DNA of 64,000 nucleotides from Candidatus Eiseniibacteriota bacterium (GCA_963744995.1 CAVUWA010000002.1:960001-1024000); one strand, 5' to 3'; shown: positions 48,073-58,465, numbered from the stretch's first letter. A program made the numbers and translations. The notes: generated by a model from the letters alone, not told the origin.

Positions 48073-49392
48073 TCAGCTGCTCCGGGCGGCGACCACCAGC
48101 GCGGTGATGTCGTCGCTCTGTGCGGCGTCGCCGCGGAACTCCGCCACCTCCTTGAACAGTCGCGGGATCATCTCGCGCGTCGGCAGCGCGCCGCACACGC
48201 CCCAGAGGTCGCGCAGGCGCTCGTCGCTGAACTGGTCTTCCTTCGAGTTCTCGGCTTCCGAAATGCCGTCGCTGTAGAGCAGCAGCGCGTCGCCGGGATT
48301 GAACGGCACTTCGACTTCCTCGTATTCGACCCCTTCGAGGATGCCCAGGATCAGCCCGCTGTTGTCGAGCCAGTGCACGCTGCCGTCGGCGCGCCTCAGC
48401 AGCGGGTAGTTGTGCCCCGCATTGGAGTAGCGCAGCAGGCCGCGCGCGTGGTCGATCTCGGCATAGAACAGCGTGACGAACTTGCCGGCCGCGCTCGCGC
48501 GCGCCACGCTGCGGTTCAGGAGGCTCACCGCCTCGGGCAGGCTGCGGCTCCCGTCGCAGAACGCGCGCAGCGAGGCCTGCAGGTTCGACATGAGCAGTGA
48601 GGCGGGGACGCCCTTGCCGGACACGTCGGCGAGCGTGATGCCGAAACGGTTCTCGTCGAGCTCGAAGTAGTCGAAGTAATCGCCGCCCACCTGGCGGGCC
48701 GGGATGACCATGCCGTGCACTTCCCACGGGCCCGCGGCCATCGGCCGGGCGGGGACCAGGCCCATCTGGATGTCGCGCGCCAGGTCGAGTTCACGCTCCA
48801 TCTGGCGCTTCTCCTTCTCGAGCTCCTCCTTCTTCGCGGCCTCGGCGCGCAGCCGCGCCTGCTCGATCACCCCGGCGGAGTTGCTGGCGACGATCGTCAG
48901 CAGCTGGACGGCGTCCGCGTTCCACTCGCGTCCGGGTTCCAGGGTCGTGACGGCGAGCATGCCGGTCACCCGGTTGTCGATCCGCAGCGGCACCGCCAGC
49001 ACGCCGCGGATGCGGGTGCTCACGCTCCGCAAGCCGGGGAAGCGGGGGTCCGACAGCAGGTCGGGAGTGGACAGCGCCTCGCCCTTGTACATCAGGAAGC
49101 CCATCACGGTGGTCGTTACCGGCATCGGCCAGGAGCCGGATTCGATCACGCCCGCGGCGGGCTGGCGGATGATGGTCTGTGCGGTCGGCGAGGCCGAGTC
49201 CGGGCCGAGCAGCTTGATCGAGCCCTCGTCGGCGCCGAGCATCGAGGTGGTCTTGCGCACGATCCAGTCGAGGATCGGCTCGAGCTCGGTGTTGGAGGCG
49301 ACGACCGAGCAGAGTTCGGAGAGGAACTCGAGTTCGGCCCGCAGTCGCTGGGCATTGTCGGTGTCGGCCGGGGGGCCGGTCGGGACGGTCAT
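48073..49392 (-). CDS. GAF domain + PP2C (SpoIIE/RsbU-like) phosphatase
   Basis: GAF (VLAVPLRIDNRVTGML); ELDLARDIQ, VGGDYFD, ADVSGKG, NAGH, YSDGISE, SDDIT. Confidence 0.92.
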   Translation of the reverse strand: MTVPTGPPADTDNAQRLRAELEFLSELCSVVASNTELEPILDWIVRKTTSMLGADEGSIKLLGPDSASPTAQTIIRQPAAGVIESGSWPMPVTTTVMGFLMYKGEALSTPDLLSDPRFPGLRSVSTRIRGVLAVPLRIDNRVTGMLAVTTLEPGREWNADAVQLLTIVASNSAGVIEQARLRAEAAKKEELEKEKRQMERELDLARDIQMGLVPARPMAAGPWEVHGMVIPARQVGGDYFDYFELDENRFGITLADVSGKGVPASLLMSNLQASLRAFCDGSRSLPEAVSLLNRSVARASAAGKFVTLFYAEIDHARGLLRYSNAGHNYPLLRRADGSVHWLDNSGLILGILEGVEYEEVEVPFNPGDALLLYSDGISEAENSKEDQFSDERLRDLWGVCGALPTREMIPRLFKEVAEFRGDAAQSDDITALVVAARSS

Positions 49393-49571
49393 GGAGGGCT
49401 CCTGCCTGTCGGGAAGGACCGGAACCCGCTCATTCTATGGGGCGCCCGGCGCCGGCACAAGGTCCCGCCTGCGGAACCCGCGCTGTCTGAATGGCTTGTG
49501 ACCGCGTTCCCGGGTTCCTATACTGCCGATTCGATCACCCCGAGTCCGGCCCATCCACCCGTTCGAGAGCC

Positions 49572-50372
49572 ATGACCGCTTCCGCCACCGTCACCTATCG
49601 CTTCCTGAAGCTGGAGCACCGCGGCCCCGTCACGGTGCTTCACGTGCACCGCCCCGAGGTCCTGAATGCGCTCAACCGCGACACCCTCGCGGAGATCGAC
49701 GCAGCCACACGGCGTTTCGTCGAAGCTCCGGGCGAAGAGGCGCTGATCGTGACCGGCTCGGGCGAGAAGAGTTTCATTTCCGGCGCCGACATCAACGAGC
49801 TGGCCGTGCTCGATCCGCGCGGCGCGGAGGACGTTTCCCGCTTCGGCCAGGCCGTGGTCGCGCGCCTCGAGGCGTCGCCCAAGCCGGTCATCGCGGCGAT
49901 CAACGGCTACGCGTTCGGCGGCGGTTTCGAGCTGGCGCTGGCCTGCCACATGCGCTTCGCTTCGGAGAACGCCGTCATGGGGCTGCCCGAGGTGAGCCTC
50001 GGCATCATTCCCGGCTACGGCGGGACCCAGCGCCTGCCGCGGCTGATCGGTCCCGGCCGCGCGACGGAGCTGGTGCTCTCCGGCCGCCGCGTCAAGGCGG
50101 AGGAGGCCGAGCGCATCGGCATCGTCAACCGCGTCTTTCCGCGCGAGCAGCTGCTCGAGGAGACGGAGAAGATCGCGCTCGGCATTCTCAAGAACGGACC
50201 GCTCGCCGTGGAAGCTGCGCTCGAAGCCGTGCAGCGCGGCATGCAGCTGCCGCTCGATCAGGGCCTGCGCTTCGAAAGCGGCCGCTTCGGCATGCTGGCC
50301 GCCAGCGCCGACATGCACGAAGGTCTGAACGCGTTCCTGGAAAAGCGCCCGGCACGATTCGAGCGCAGGTAG
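49572..50372 (+). CDS. Enoyl-CoA hydratase/isomerase family protein
   Basis: RPEVLNAL, FISGADI, AFGGGFELALAC, LPEVSLGIIPGYGGTQRL. Confidence 0.93.
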   Translation: MTASATVTYRFLKLEHRGPVTVLHVHRPEVLNALNRDTLAEIDAATRRFVEAPGEEALIVTGSGEKSFISGADINELAVLDPRGAEDVSRFGQAVVARLEASPKPVIAAINGYAFGGGFELALACHMRFASENAVMGLPEVSLGIIPGYGGTQRLPRLIGPGRATELVLSGRRVKAEEAERIGIVNRVFPREQLLEETEKIALGILKNGPLAVEAALEAVQRGMQLPLDQGLRFESGRFGMLAASADMHEGLNAFLEKRPARFERR

Positions 50373-50425
50373 ACGCGGGTGGCCGCACGCGGCCGGCCGC
50401 GCCGAACGACCGCAAGGAGGCGGCC

Positions 50426-50863
50426 ATGATGTACGATCTGATCCCGATGTTGGTGTCCACCGGCCTCGGCACGCTCGTGGGGCTGGAACGGCACGCGGGC
50501 GGCAAGCCCGCGGGGCTGCGCACGCACGTGCTGGTGTGCCTCGGGTCCACGATGTTCGTGCTCACGGCGGCGCATGCCTGGCAGTCGATCGGCGGGCCGA
50601 ACCTCGATCCGACGCGCGTGATCCACGGGGTCGTCACCGGCGTCGGCTTCCTCGGCGCGGGCGCGATCCTGCAGCACCGGGGCAACGTGTTCGGACTCAC
50701 GACCGCGGCCAGCATCTGGATGGTGGCGGCGATCGGCGTCGCCGTCGGCGTGCATGCCTACGCGCTCGGCGTGATCGGGTCCGTGCTCGCCCTCATCGTG
50801 CTCGAGGGGTTCCGCTGGGCCGAGAAGAGGATCCTGCCCGACCCCTACGGAGAGCCGCGGTAG
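50426..50863 (+). CDS. MgtC/SapB-family membrane protein
   Basis: GLER, AGLRTH, DPTRV, VVTGVGFLGAG, GLTTAASIW. Confidence 0.92.
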   Translation: MMYDLIPMLVSTGLGTLVGLERHAGGKPAGLRTHVLVCLGSTMFVLTAAHAWQSIGGPNLDPTRVIHGVVTGVGFLGAGAILQHRGNVFGLTTAASIWMVAAIGVAVGVHAYALGVIGSVLALIVLEGFRWAEKRILPDPYGEPR

Positions 50864-50975
50864 GCTGCACGATGCAGGGGCCAGAGGCTCGTGAATCGTC
50901 CACGCGGGCCGCAGCCGTGATGCGGCACCGGGCGGCCGCACGAGCGCCGGGATCGCTCCCGGCGCCGGCCGCAGC

Positions 50976-53900
50976 ATGGCGCCCCGGCCCCGAGGATGCA
51001 CTCCGAACTTGAGCGAACCCGGCACCCTCATCGGACCCTACGAAATCGTCACCCGCCTCGGCGAAGGCGGGATGGGCGAGGTGTTCCTCGCGCGCGACAC
51101 GCGTCTCGGCCGCGAGGTGGCGGTGAAGATGCTGCCCGCCGACGTCGCGACCGATCCCGATCGGCTCGGCCGGTTCCGGCGTGAAGCGCTCACGCTGGCG
51201 GCACTCAATCACCCGAACATCGCCACCATCCACGGCTTCGAAGAGACCTCGCGCGGCGCGCTCGCGTTGATCCTCGAGCGCGTCCAGGGCGAGACTCTGG
51301 GCGACCGCCTGAAGCGCGGTCTCCCGCCGATCGAGGAAGCGCTCGGGATCTGCGCGCAGATCTGCGAGGCGCTCGAGGTGGCGCATCAGCAGGGCGTGAT
51401 CCACAGGGATCTCAAACCCGGCAACGTGATGATCGGTCCGCGCGGGCTCGTGAAGGTGCTGGACTTCGGTCTCGCCCGGAGCGTGGACGGAGCCGAGGAG
51501 GCGAAGCGGCCGGAAGACGGCGACGCGGCAGCGCCGGTCGCGACCGCACCCTCGCCGCCGGCCAAGCCCGGGAGTTCCACCGCGCCCTCGCTGCCCGGCG
51601 ACGACACCCGCACCCAGGTCGGCGCCGTGGTCGGGACGCCGGGCTACATGAGCCCCGAGCAGGCGATGGGCGTGCCGCACGACGCGCGCGCCGACGTGTT
51701 CTCGTTCGGTTGCGTGATGTACGAGCTGGTGACGGGCAGGCGCGCCTTTCCCGCGGCGAACGACTTCGAGGCCATGGCGGCCGTCATGTACGCCCCGCAC
51801 GACATGGCGGCGCTTCCCGAGCGCACGCCGCCCAGGATTCGCGAGCTGATCGACCGCTGCCTGCAGAAGGATCCCGAGCAGCGCATCGCCGACTTCGGCA
51901 CGATCCGCCGCGAGATCGAAGAAGTGCTCGGCATCCGGCGCGCCTCGGCCCTGCGAACCGGGGAAGAGAGAGTCGCGACTCCGAACAACCTGCCGAAGCA
52001 GCTGCCGCGGCTGATCGGACGCGAAGCCGAGCTGGACGCCTGTCGCGAGCGCATCCGGAACTCGGCCGTGCTGACGCTCACCGGCGTCGGCGGCTGCGGC
52101 AAGACCCGGCTCGCGTTCGCGCTCGGCGAATCGCAGCTCGACGCGCGCACCGACGGCGTCTGGTTCGCCGACCTGGCCCCGCTCACCGCGGGCGAGCGCG
52201 TGATCGAAACCGCGGCGCTGGCCATGGGCGTCCGCGAAGAGCCGGGGCGGCCGCTCCTCGAGGTCCTGATCGAGCATCTGGCGCCGCGCCGCGTGATGCT
52301 GATTCTCGACAACTGCGAGCACCTGATCGGGGCGTGCGCGGCGCTCGCCACGGCGCTCACGCAGGGCTGCCCCGAACTGCGCATCGTCGCGACCAGTCGC
52401 GAGGCGCTCGGTGTCCAGGGCGAGTCGGTGTACGCGGTGCCGACGCTCGGCCTGCCGGACCCGGCGGAGCGCGGCGCGGCGAAGATCGCGGCCAGCGAAG
52501 CGGTGCGGCTGTTCGCCGAACGCGCGGCCGCGGTGCGGCCCGGCTTCGAGATCGGGGACGACAACGCCGCGATCGTGGCCGAGATCTGCCGGCGGCTCGA
52601 CGGCATTCCGCTCGCGATCGAGCTCGCCGCCGCGCGGGTCAAGATCCTCGAGGTCGGGCAGATTCACGAGAAGCTCGACGACCGCTTCCGGCTGCTCACC
52701 GGCGGCAGCCGCACCGCGCTGCCGCGCCAGCAGACGCTGCGTGCCACGATCCAGTGGAGCTACGACCAGCTGCACGACGAAGAGCGCCAGATGATGCGCG
52801 CCCTGGCCGTGTTCGCGGGCGGCTGGACGCTCGGTTCGGCGACCGCGATCTGCATGGAAGGCGGAGACGAATTCGAGGTGCTCGACCTGCTCGCACGGCT
52901 CGCCGACAAGTCGCTGGTCGTGGTGGATCGCGGCGGTGGCGGCGCCGCGCGCTACCGGTTCCTCGAAACCGTTCGCGAGTACGCGATCGAGCAGCTGAAG
53001 GCCTCGGGCGAGGAACCGGCGTTGCGTGAACGTCACCTGAGCTACTTCCTCGCGCTCGGGGAGACGGCAGAGAAGCAGCTCAGCGGCCCGAAGCAGGCGG
53101 AGTGGCTGGTGGCGCTCGAAACCGAGCACGAGAACCTGCTGGCGAGCATGGCGTGGTGCGGAGAGAAGCCGGACGGTGCGGAGTCGGCGCTGCGCCTGGC
53201 CGGTTCGATTTCGCGCTTCTGGTCGGTGCACGGGCACTATGAAATCGCGCGCCGGGCTCTGATGCAGGCGCTGGCCCTGGGGGATCCGAACGCCGCGACC
53301 GCGCCGCGGGCGAACGCGCTGGTGCGCACGGCGACGTTCGCGCTGCTCCAGGGCGACCCGGACGCGGCGAAGGGTCTGCTCGAGCGCGCCGCGGAAATGT
53401 ATCGCGGGCTCGACGATGCGCCCGGTGCGGCGCGCGCGCTCAGCGGGCTGTCGTCCGTGGCGCTGGCGCGGATGGACTTCGAGGCGGCGGAACGTCTGGG
53501 CGGGGAGGCTTACGCGACCTACGAGAGCCTCGGCCTGAAGCGCGGGATGGGCGTGTCGAGACACAATCAGGGCTTCGCGGCCCGCTGCCGCGGGGACCTG
53601 GCGCTGTCCCGCACGTGCTACGAGCAGGCCCTCGACCTGCTGCGCGAGGTGGGCGATCAGGAACACTTCGCCCTGACCGAGGCGGATCTGGGGGTGACGC
53701 TGATCCGGCTCGGCGATCTCGCGACGGCTCGCGCGAAGCTGCTGGACGCGCTCCGGCTCGGGCGCGGGTTCGAGGCCACGCGGGTGACGGAGAGCGTGCT
53801 GGACGGCAGCGCGGAGCTGGCGCTGGCGAGCGGGGATGCGCGCACGGCCCTGCGGTTGAGCGCCGCCGGGGGGCACATCCGTTCCGCGGTGGGGCTCACG

Positions 53901-54065
53901 CTGAGTCCGTTCGAGGAACAGGAACACGACCGTTTCATTTCCGCCATCCGGGAACGCCTCCAGCCGGAGGAGGCGGCAGCGGTCGTGGCCGAGGTTCAGG
54001 GGATCGACCTCGACACCGCCGCATCCGAAGCACTCGCCTGGCTCGAAACGGACGCCGGCCCCTGA
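50976..54065 (+). CDS. Hanks-type Ser/Thr kinase + STAND-type ATPase + TPR protein
   Basis: LGEGGMG, VAVK, HRDLKPGN, DFG, GTPGYMSPE; Walker A GVGGCGKT, Walker B LILDNCEH, GIPLAIELAAAR; C-terminal TPRs; start may be TTG 51009. Confidence 0.92.
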   Translation: MAPRPRGCTPNLSEPGTLIGPYEIVTRLGEGGMGEVFLARDTRLGREVAVKMLPADVATDPDRLGRFRREALTLAALNHPNIATIHGFEETSRGALALILERVQGETLGDRLKRGLPPIEEALGICAQICEALEVAHQQGVIHRDLKPGNVMIGPRGLVKVLDFGLARSVDGAEEAKRPEDGDAAAPVATAPSPPAKPGSSTAPSLPGDDTRTQVGAVVGTPGYMSPEQAMGVPHDARADVFSFGCVMYELVTGRRAFPAANDFEAMAAVMYAPHDMAALPERTPPRIRELIDRCLQKDPEQRIADFGTIRREIEEVLGIRRASALRTGEERVATPNNLPKQLPRLIGREAELDACRERIRNSAVLTLTGVGGCGKTRLAFALGESQLDARTDGVWFADLAPLTAGERVIETAALAMGVREEPGRPLLEVLIEHLAPRRVMLILDNCEHLIGACAALATALTQGCPELRIVATSREALGVQGESVYAVPTLGLPDPAERGAAKIAASEAVRLFAERAAAVRPGFEIGDDNAAIVAEICRRLDGIPLAIELAAARVKILEVGQIHEKLDDRFRLLTGGSRTALPRQQTLRATIQWSYDQLHDEERQMMRALAVFAGGWTLGSATAICMEGGDEFEVLDLLARLADKSLVVVDRGGGGAARYRFLETVREYAIEQLKASGEEPALRERHLSYFLALGETAEKQLSGPKQAEWLVALETEHENLLASMAWCGEKPDGAESALRLAGSISRFWSVHGHYEIARRALMQALALGDPNAATAPRANALVRTATFALLQGDPDAAKGLLERAAEMYRGLDDAPGAARALSGLSSVALARMDFEAAERLGGEAYATYESLGLKRGMGVSRHNQGFAARCRGDLALSRTCYEQALDLLREVGDQEHFALTEADLGVTLIRLGDLATARAKLLDALRLGRGFEATRVTESVLDGSAELALASGDARTALRLSAAGGHIRSAVGLTLSPFEEQEHDRFISAIRERLQPEEAAAVVAEVQGIDLDTAASEALAWLETDAGP

Positions 54066-54299
54066 GCGCAGTCCGGGAGGCTGGGGCGTGCCATCCGGTG
54101 CCGGTGCACCGGGTTGTGGACCGTAAAACGGTCATAATTCGTGTTCCGCGAGTCCCTATCTGGCGTATCATTACCTGAGCCTCAGCCCCGTTCCTGCTCG
54201 ATTCGAGGGGACCCTGGGCCGTTGAGGGTCAGGACGATCCCCACCGCGCTGGCCGTTTCTCCTTGCTTGTCTGGATCACGACTTTCAACGAGGTGACGC

Positions 54300-54980
54300 A
54301 TGAAGCGAATCGCTACCCTCTTCGCCCTCGCGCTGACGCTCACGGCGGTCACCGCGTCCAGGGCCGAGTCTCCACTGCTGCTCTTCGACTATGTCGGGTT
54401 CGACTACGAGTCGCCGAACCTGAACGCCTCGATCTTCGGCGAAGTCGGCAGCGGCTACGTCGGCGTGGGCACGGTCGAGAACCTGTTCGCCCCGCTCGTG
54501 TTCGATAACGTGAACAAGCGCTACACCTACGTCTTCAGCGGGCTGACCGCGACGGCGCGCAACGTCTACGGCGACTACGTCGTCGTCGACTACTCGGGCG
54601 GCACGCTGTCCGTGTACGAGGACGACCGCGTCGGCGGGACGGACCCGCTCTACGGCGTGAACCCGCCCAACGCCACGGCGCCCGGCAACTTCAGCGACGG
54701 CACCATGATTCTGTCGGGAACGCTGTCGGGTTTTCAGATCGTGATCAACACCACGAACAATTCCGGCAGCTACAACTCGGACTTCACCGCGACCGGCGGC
54801 ACGCAGATCGACAACATCGCGCCGGGTGACCGCGACGGCTGGACGTTCTCCGGAGTGACCGGCAACGCCACGAACATCCCCCTCGGCTACGTCCATCAGG
54901 TGGACGGCCAGGTCTTCCTCACCAAGCCGACCCTGACGCGCACCTCGACCTGGGGTGGCGTGAAGGCGCTCTACCGATGA
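54300..54980 (+). CDS. Secreted hypothetical protein ending in a TWGGVKALYR tail
   Basis: SD GAGGT; signal peptide SRA; beta-rich domain with NPPNAT motif. Confidence 0.85.
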   Translation: MKRIATLFALALTLTAVTASRAESPLLLFDYVGFDYESPNLNASIFGEVGSGYVGVGTVENLFAPLVFDNVNKRYTYVFSGLTATARNVYGDYVVVDYSGGTLSVYEDDRVGGTDPLYGVNPPNATAPGNFSDGTMILSGTLSGFQIVINTTNNSGSYNSDFTATGGTQIDNIAPGDRDGWTFSGVTGNATNIPLGYVHQVDGQVFLTKPTLTRTSTWGGVKALYR

Positions 54981-55015
54981 CGCCGCGCCGCGAAGGACGC
55001 CGCAGAGGAGCCACC

Positions 55016-56354
55016 ATGAGAACCAAGATGACCGGGCTGACGTTGCTGGCCGCGATGCTGGTGTTTGCGAACACCGCTTCGGCGCGCATCGCGGTCGACT
55101 GGGATCCAGCCTATTTCTGGCAGACGGGGGCGACGCCGACCAATTCGCCCGCAGGCGGCGAGCTCAAGGCCGTCGGGATCATCAGCGAGTGGGGCCCGCC
55201 GTTCGACTTCCTCGACGCCAACGACCCCGCCAAGGAATACACGTTCTACATCCACGGCCTGATCTCGCAGGGCACGGTCGCGTCCGGGCCGCCTACGTCG
55301 ACGTTCTATACGACGTCGTACACGGGCGGGGTGATCGAGATCTACGAGGGATCCCCGCGCAACTCGTCGTTCGCGCCGAACCCGCCGAACGCGACGGTGC
55401 CGTCGACCTACACCGACGGCACGCTGCTGCTGTCCGGATACTTCACCTCGTTCCATACGCAGACCAACAACTTCACGTCGTTCTCCGTCGGCAATGCGGA
55501 AGGGGTCGTGCAGTTCAACGGCGGGTCGCTGCTGGATCTGTGGACCAATAACGTGGGCGAGGCGGACTGCCCCGGCCTGTTCAACGGCGGGACGACCTGG
55601 AACTCGACCGTGGTGCCGGACGGCTACCTGTTCCGGCACGACGGCAAGCTGGACCTCAACTGCCCGGACGTCGGCGAGCTGGACATCCATCCCACGTCAT
55701 GCCCGAACCCGATCAACCTCAACGGCAACGGCCTCACGCCGGTGGCGCTGCTCGGGACGCCGACCTTCGACATCTCCAAGGTCGAGCTGTCGAGCCTGCG
55801 CCTGAACGGCATCGCGCCGGTGAAGATCCAGCTGGGCGACGTGAGCCAGCCGGTCGTGGACCGCCAGGACCAGTGCGACTGCACGACCGCCGGCCCGGAC
55901 GGCTACGACGACCTCCTGCTCAAGTTCGACACGCACGAGCTCGCCGGCATCCTCGAACCGGCGAAGCCGGGCGAGACGCGGGTGATGACCCTCACCGGCA
56001 ACACCTACACCGACGGTTTCGTTCAGACGTTCACCGCGAGCGACTGCGTGAAGCTGATCGACAATTCGGGCGACGGTACGACAGCGCCGGCGGCGAATGC
56101 GCTCCAGGTGACGATGCCCGGGGCCGGGCTCGTGCCGGCACGCATCGACTACACGGTGCGTGACGAACGGCCCGGTGCAGATCAGCGTGCTCGACGTGAC
56201 CGGCCGCACCGTCGCACGGGTCGTGAACGGCTGGAACAGCGCCGGCTCGCACTCCGTGACGTGGGTGCCTGGCGGGCTCCCGAGCGGAATCTACTTCGTC
56301 CGCATGCTGGCCGACGACGAGACCCAGGTGCGCAGGGTCGCGCTGACGCACTGA
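55016..56354 (+). CDS. Secreted paralog of the 54300 protein plus Cys-containing domain and Ig-like CTD, split by a 1-nt frameshift near 56160-56173
   Basis: SD GAGGAG; signal peptide ASA; NPPNAT domain; CTD starts in one frame (ARIDYTV) and continues in the next (GPVQISVLDVTGRTVARV...LPSGIYFVRM) to TGA 56352-54. Confidence 0.8.
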
Positions 56355-56379
56355 CGCACGATTCGCCGGAGAACGACGA

Positions 56380-56412
56380 GCGGGGCGGTGCCGATCCGGC
56401 GCCGCCCCGTTT
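56380..56412. terminator. Hairpin between convergent genes
   Basis: GCGGGGCGGTGCCG-ATC-CGGCGCCGCCCCGT then TT. Confidence 0.65.
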
Positions 56413-56430
56413 CGCGTGCCGCGGCGCCTC

Positions 56431-58128
56431 TCAGCGGACGGCGACGAAGCGCGTGACGATCGTGCGTCCGCCCGTCGCGAGCCTGAGGAAATAGACGCCC
56501 GGCTGGAGCCGCGTCGCACCGGCGTCCGGGTCCAGCACCAGCGAGTGCGACCCGGCAGGAAGCGGGCCCGCCGCCAGCGAACGCACCCGCCGGCCGGCCG
56601 CATCGAACAGCGCGAGGTCCACGTCCGCCGCTTCCGGAATGCCGAAGCGGATCACGGCGCGGCCGCGGGAAGGATTCGGGGAGGGCGGGGCGAGCGCGAG
56701 GCCGGCCCCCGGCGCCGCCGGAGCCACCGCGGTCGTTCCATCGAGCAGCCCCCATGCGTCCGCGTGCTGCGCCCAGATGTCCCAGTCGCCGCTGCGCGCG
56801 TCGTACCAGACGAAGAGCGCGCCGCCATTGCCGTCGCTGGCGACCACCGGCGAGAGCTGCGAGTCGTTCGCAGTCGAGACGGGCAGGCCGTCGTGCGGCC
56901 ACATGCAGGTCCCGCCAGCGTTCACGCGCTGCGCGTAGACGTCGTCGCCGAGGGCGCGCTGGTCCTGCCAGGCGACGATCGCCCCGCCGCCGCCGTCGGT
57001 GATGATCGAAGGCAGGGACTCGTAGCCGCCTGCCGTACACAGGCGCAGGCCGTCCGTCTCCCAGAGCGACACGCCGTCCGGTCCGATCCGCTGCGCGAAG
57101 ATGTCCACGGTCGTGTCGCTGCGCGAATCCTCCCATGCGACCACGGCGCCGCCGGCGCCGTCGGCAGTCACGACCGGAAACAGCTGGTAGGAGGCGGCGC
57201 TGCACGCGGCGACGCCGTCGGCGGCCCACAGGGGGAGCCCGCCCGGGCCGATGCGCTGCGCGTAGATGTCGGCGAGCCCCGCATCGCGCTCGTCGGACCA
57301 CACCGCGATCACGCCGCCGGCGCCGTCGCCGACCGCGTGGACGTCGTACTGGCCGCCCGCTGCGGTGCACACCGGCACGCCGGCCGTCGCCCAGAGCTGC
57401 GCGCCGGAAGCGCTCAGGTGCTGGGCGTAGAGGTCGCCCGCGCCGCTCGAGCGCTGATCGCGCCAGATGGCGATCGCCCCCGCGCCGCCGTCGCGAACCA
57501 GCGCGGGCGACGTCTGCGTGCCGGCTGCGTCGCACACCACCACACCGTTCAGACCCCAGGTGGGCGCGCCCGCCGCGGTCACGTGCTGCGCATAGAGATC
57601 GCCTTCGGGGCCAAAACGGTAGTCCTCCCAGATCGCGATGACGCCGCCCAGGCTGTCGGCCGCGAGCTGGATGCCGAGCTGCGGCTGGCCATCGTCGCAG
57701 ATCGGCAGTCCTCCGGCCGTCCACAGCGCTGCGCCCGCGGGGGAGAGGCGCTGCACGTAGACGTCGCCGTTGCCGTTGCGGTAGTCGGTCCAGCCGAGGA
57801 TCGCACCGCCCGCGCCGTCGGTCACGATGCTCGGCAGCGACTGGAACGCCGCGGCGATGCATACCGCGACGCCGCCGGCCGTCCACATGGGCGTGCCGTC
57901 GGGCCCGATGCGTTGTGCGTAGATGTCGGAGTCGGAGCCACTGCGGTAGTCGGTCCAGGCGACGATCGCGCCGCCCGCGCCGTCGGACACCATCACCGGG
58001 TCGCTCTGCTCGCCGGGCGTGACGACCACCGGCACGTTGGCGAAAGCGGCGCCGGGCGCGAGCGCGATCAGCGCGAGGATCAGCGCCCGCGCGGCGCGGC
58101 GCGTGAACGGGAGAGATGGCGATGGCAT
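56431..58128 (-). CDS. Secreted 8-repeat beta-propeller-like protein with Ig-like CTD
   Basis: Signal peptide AFA; eight ~60-aa repeats DGAGGAIVAW.D.R....DIYAQR....G...W...G; CTD PSPNP...FDAAGRRVRSL...PGVYF. Confidence 0.85.
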   Translation of the reverse strand: MPSPSLPFTRRAARALILALIALAPGAAFANVPVVVTPGEQSDPVMVSDGAGGAIVAWTDYRSGSDSDIYAQRIGPDGTPMWTAGGVAVCIAAAFQSLPSIVTDGAGGAILGWTDYRNGNGDVYVQRLSPAGAALWTAGGLPICDDGQPQLGIQLAADSLGGVIAIWEDYRFGPEGDLYAQHVTAAGAPTWGLNGVVVCDAAGTQTSPALVRDGGAGAIAIWRDQRSSGAGDLYAQHLSASGAQLWATAGVPVCTAAGGQYDVHAVGDGAGGVIAVWSDERDAGLADIYAQRIGPGGLPLWAADGVAACSAASYQLFPVVTADGAGGAVVAWEDSRSDTTVDIFAQRIGPDGVSLWETDGLRLCTAGGYESLPSIITDGGGGAIVAWQDQRALGDDVYAQRVNAGGTCMWPHDGLPVSTANDSQLSPVVASDGNGGALFVWYDARSGDWDIWAQHADAWGLLDGTTAVAPAAPGAGLALAPPSPNPSRGRAVIRFGIPEAADVDLALFDAAGRRVRSLAAGPLPAGSHSLVLDPDAGATRLQPGVYFLRLATGGRTIVTRFVAVR

Positions 58129-58465
58129 GGAGGTCCGATCCTCGGGCGCGGGTGAACGTGCGTGATCCGGATGCACGCTCCGAAAGGGCGGGATCGGAGT
58201 CGCTGTGACCACCTCAATGGTGCACGGTCGCGCGCGCCCGGGGCAAGCGCGAAGCGCGGCCCTTGATCGGGCTTCTTGCGAAACCCGTTGCATTTCGCGG
58301 TGCGCACCGTGGCCCGGCGAACGCACGCGCGGAGCGGGCGTCCAGGCGGGGGCGGCGCACCGCGGACCGGGACCCCGGTCGGCCGCTCACCTGCGAAGAC
58401 GGGCGGCCGGTGGGCCGCCCGTCATGAAGCGCATGCGTCCACGGCGGCGTCCGCGCGGTCGCGAC

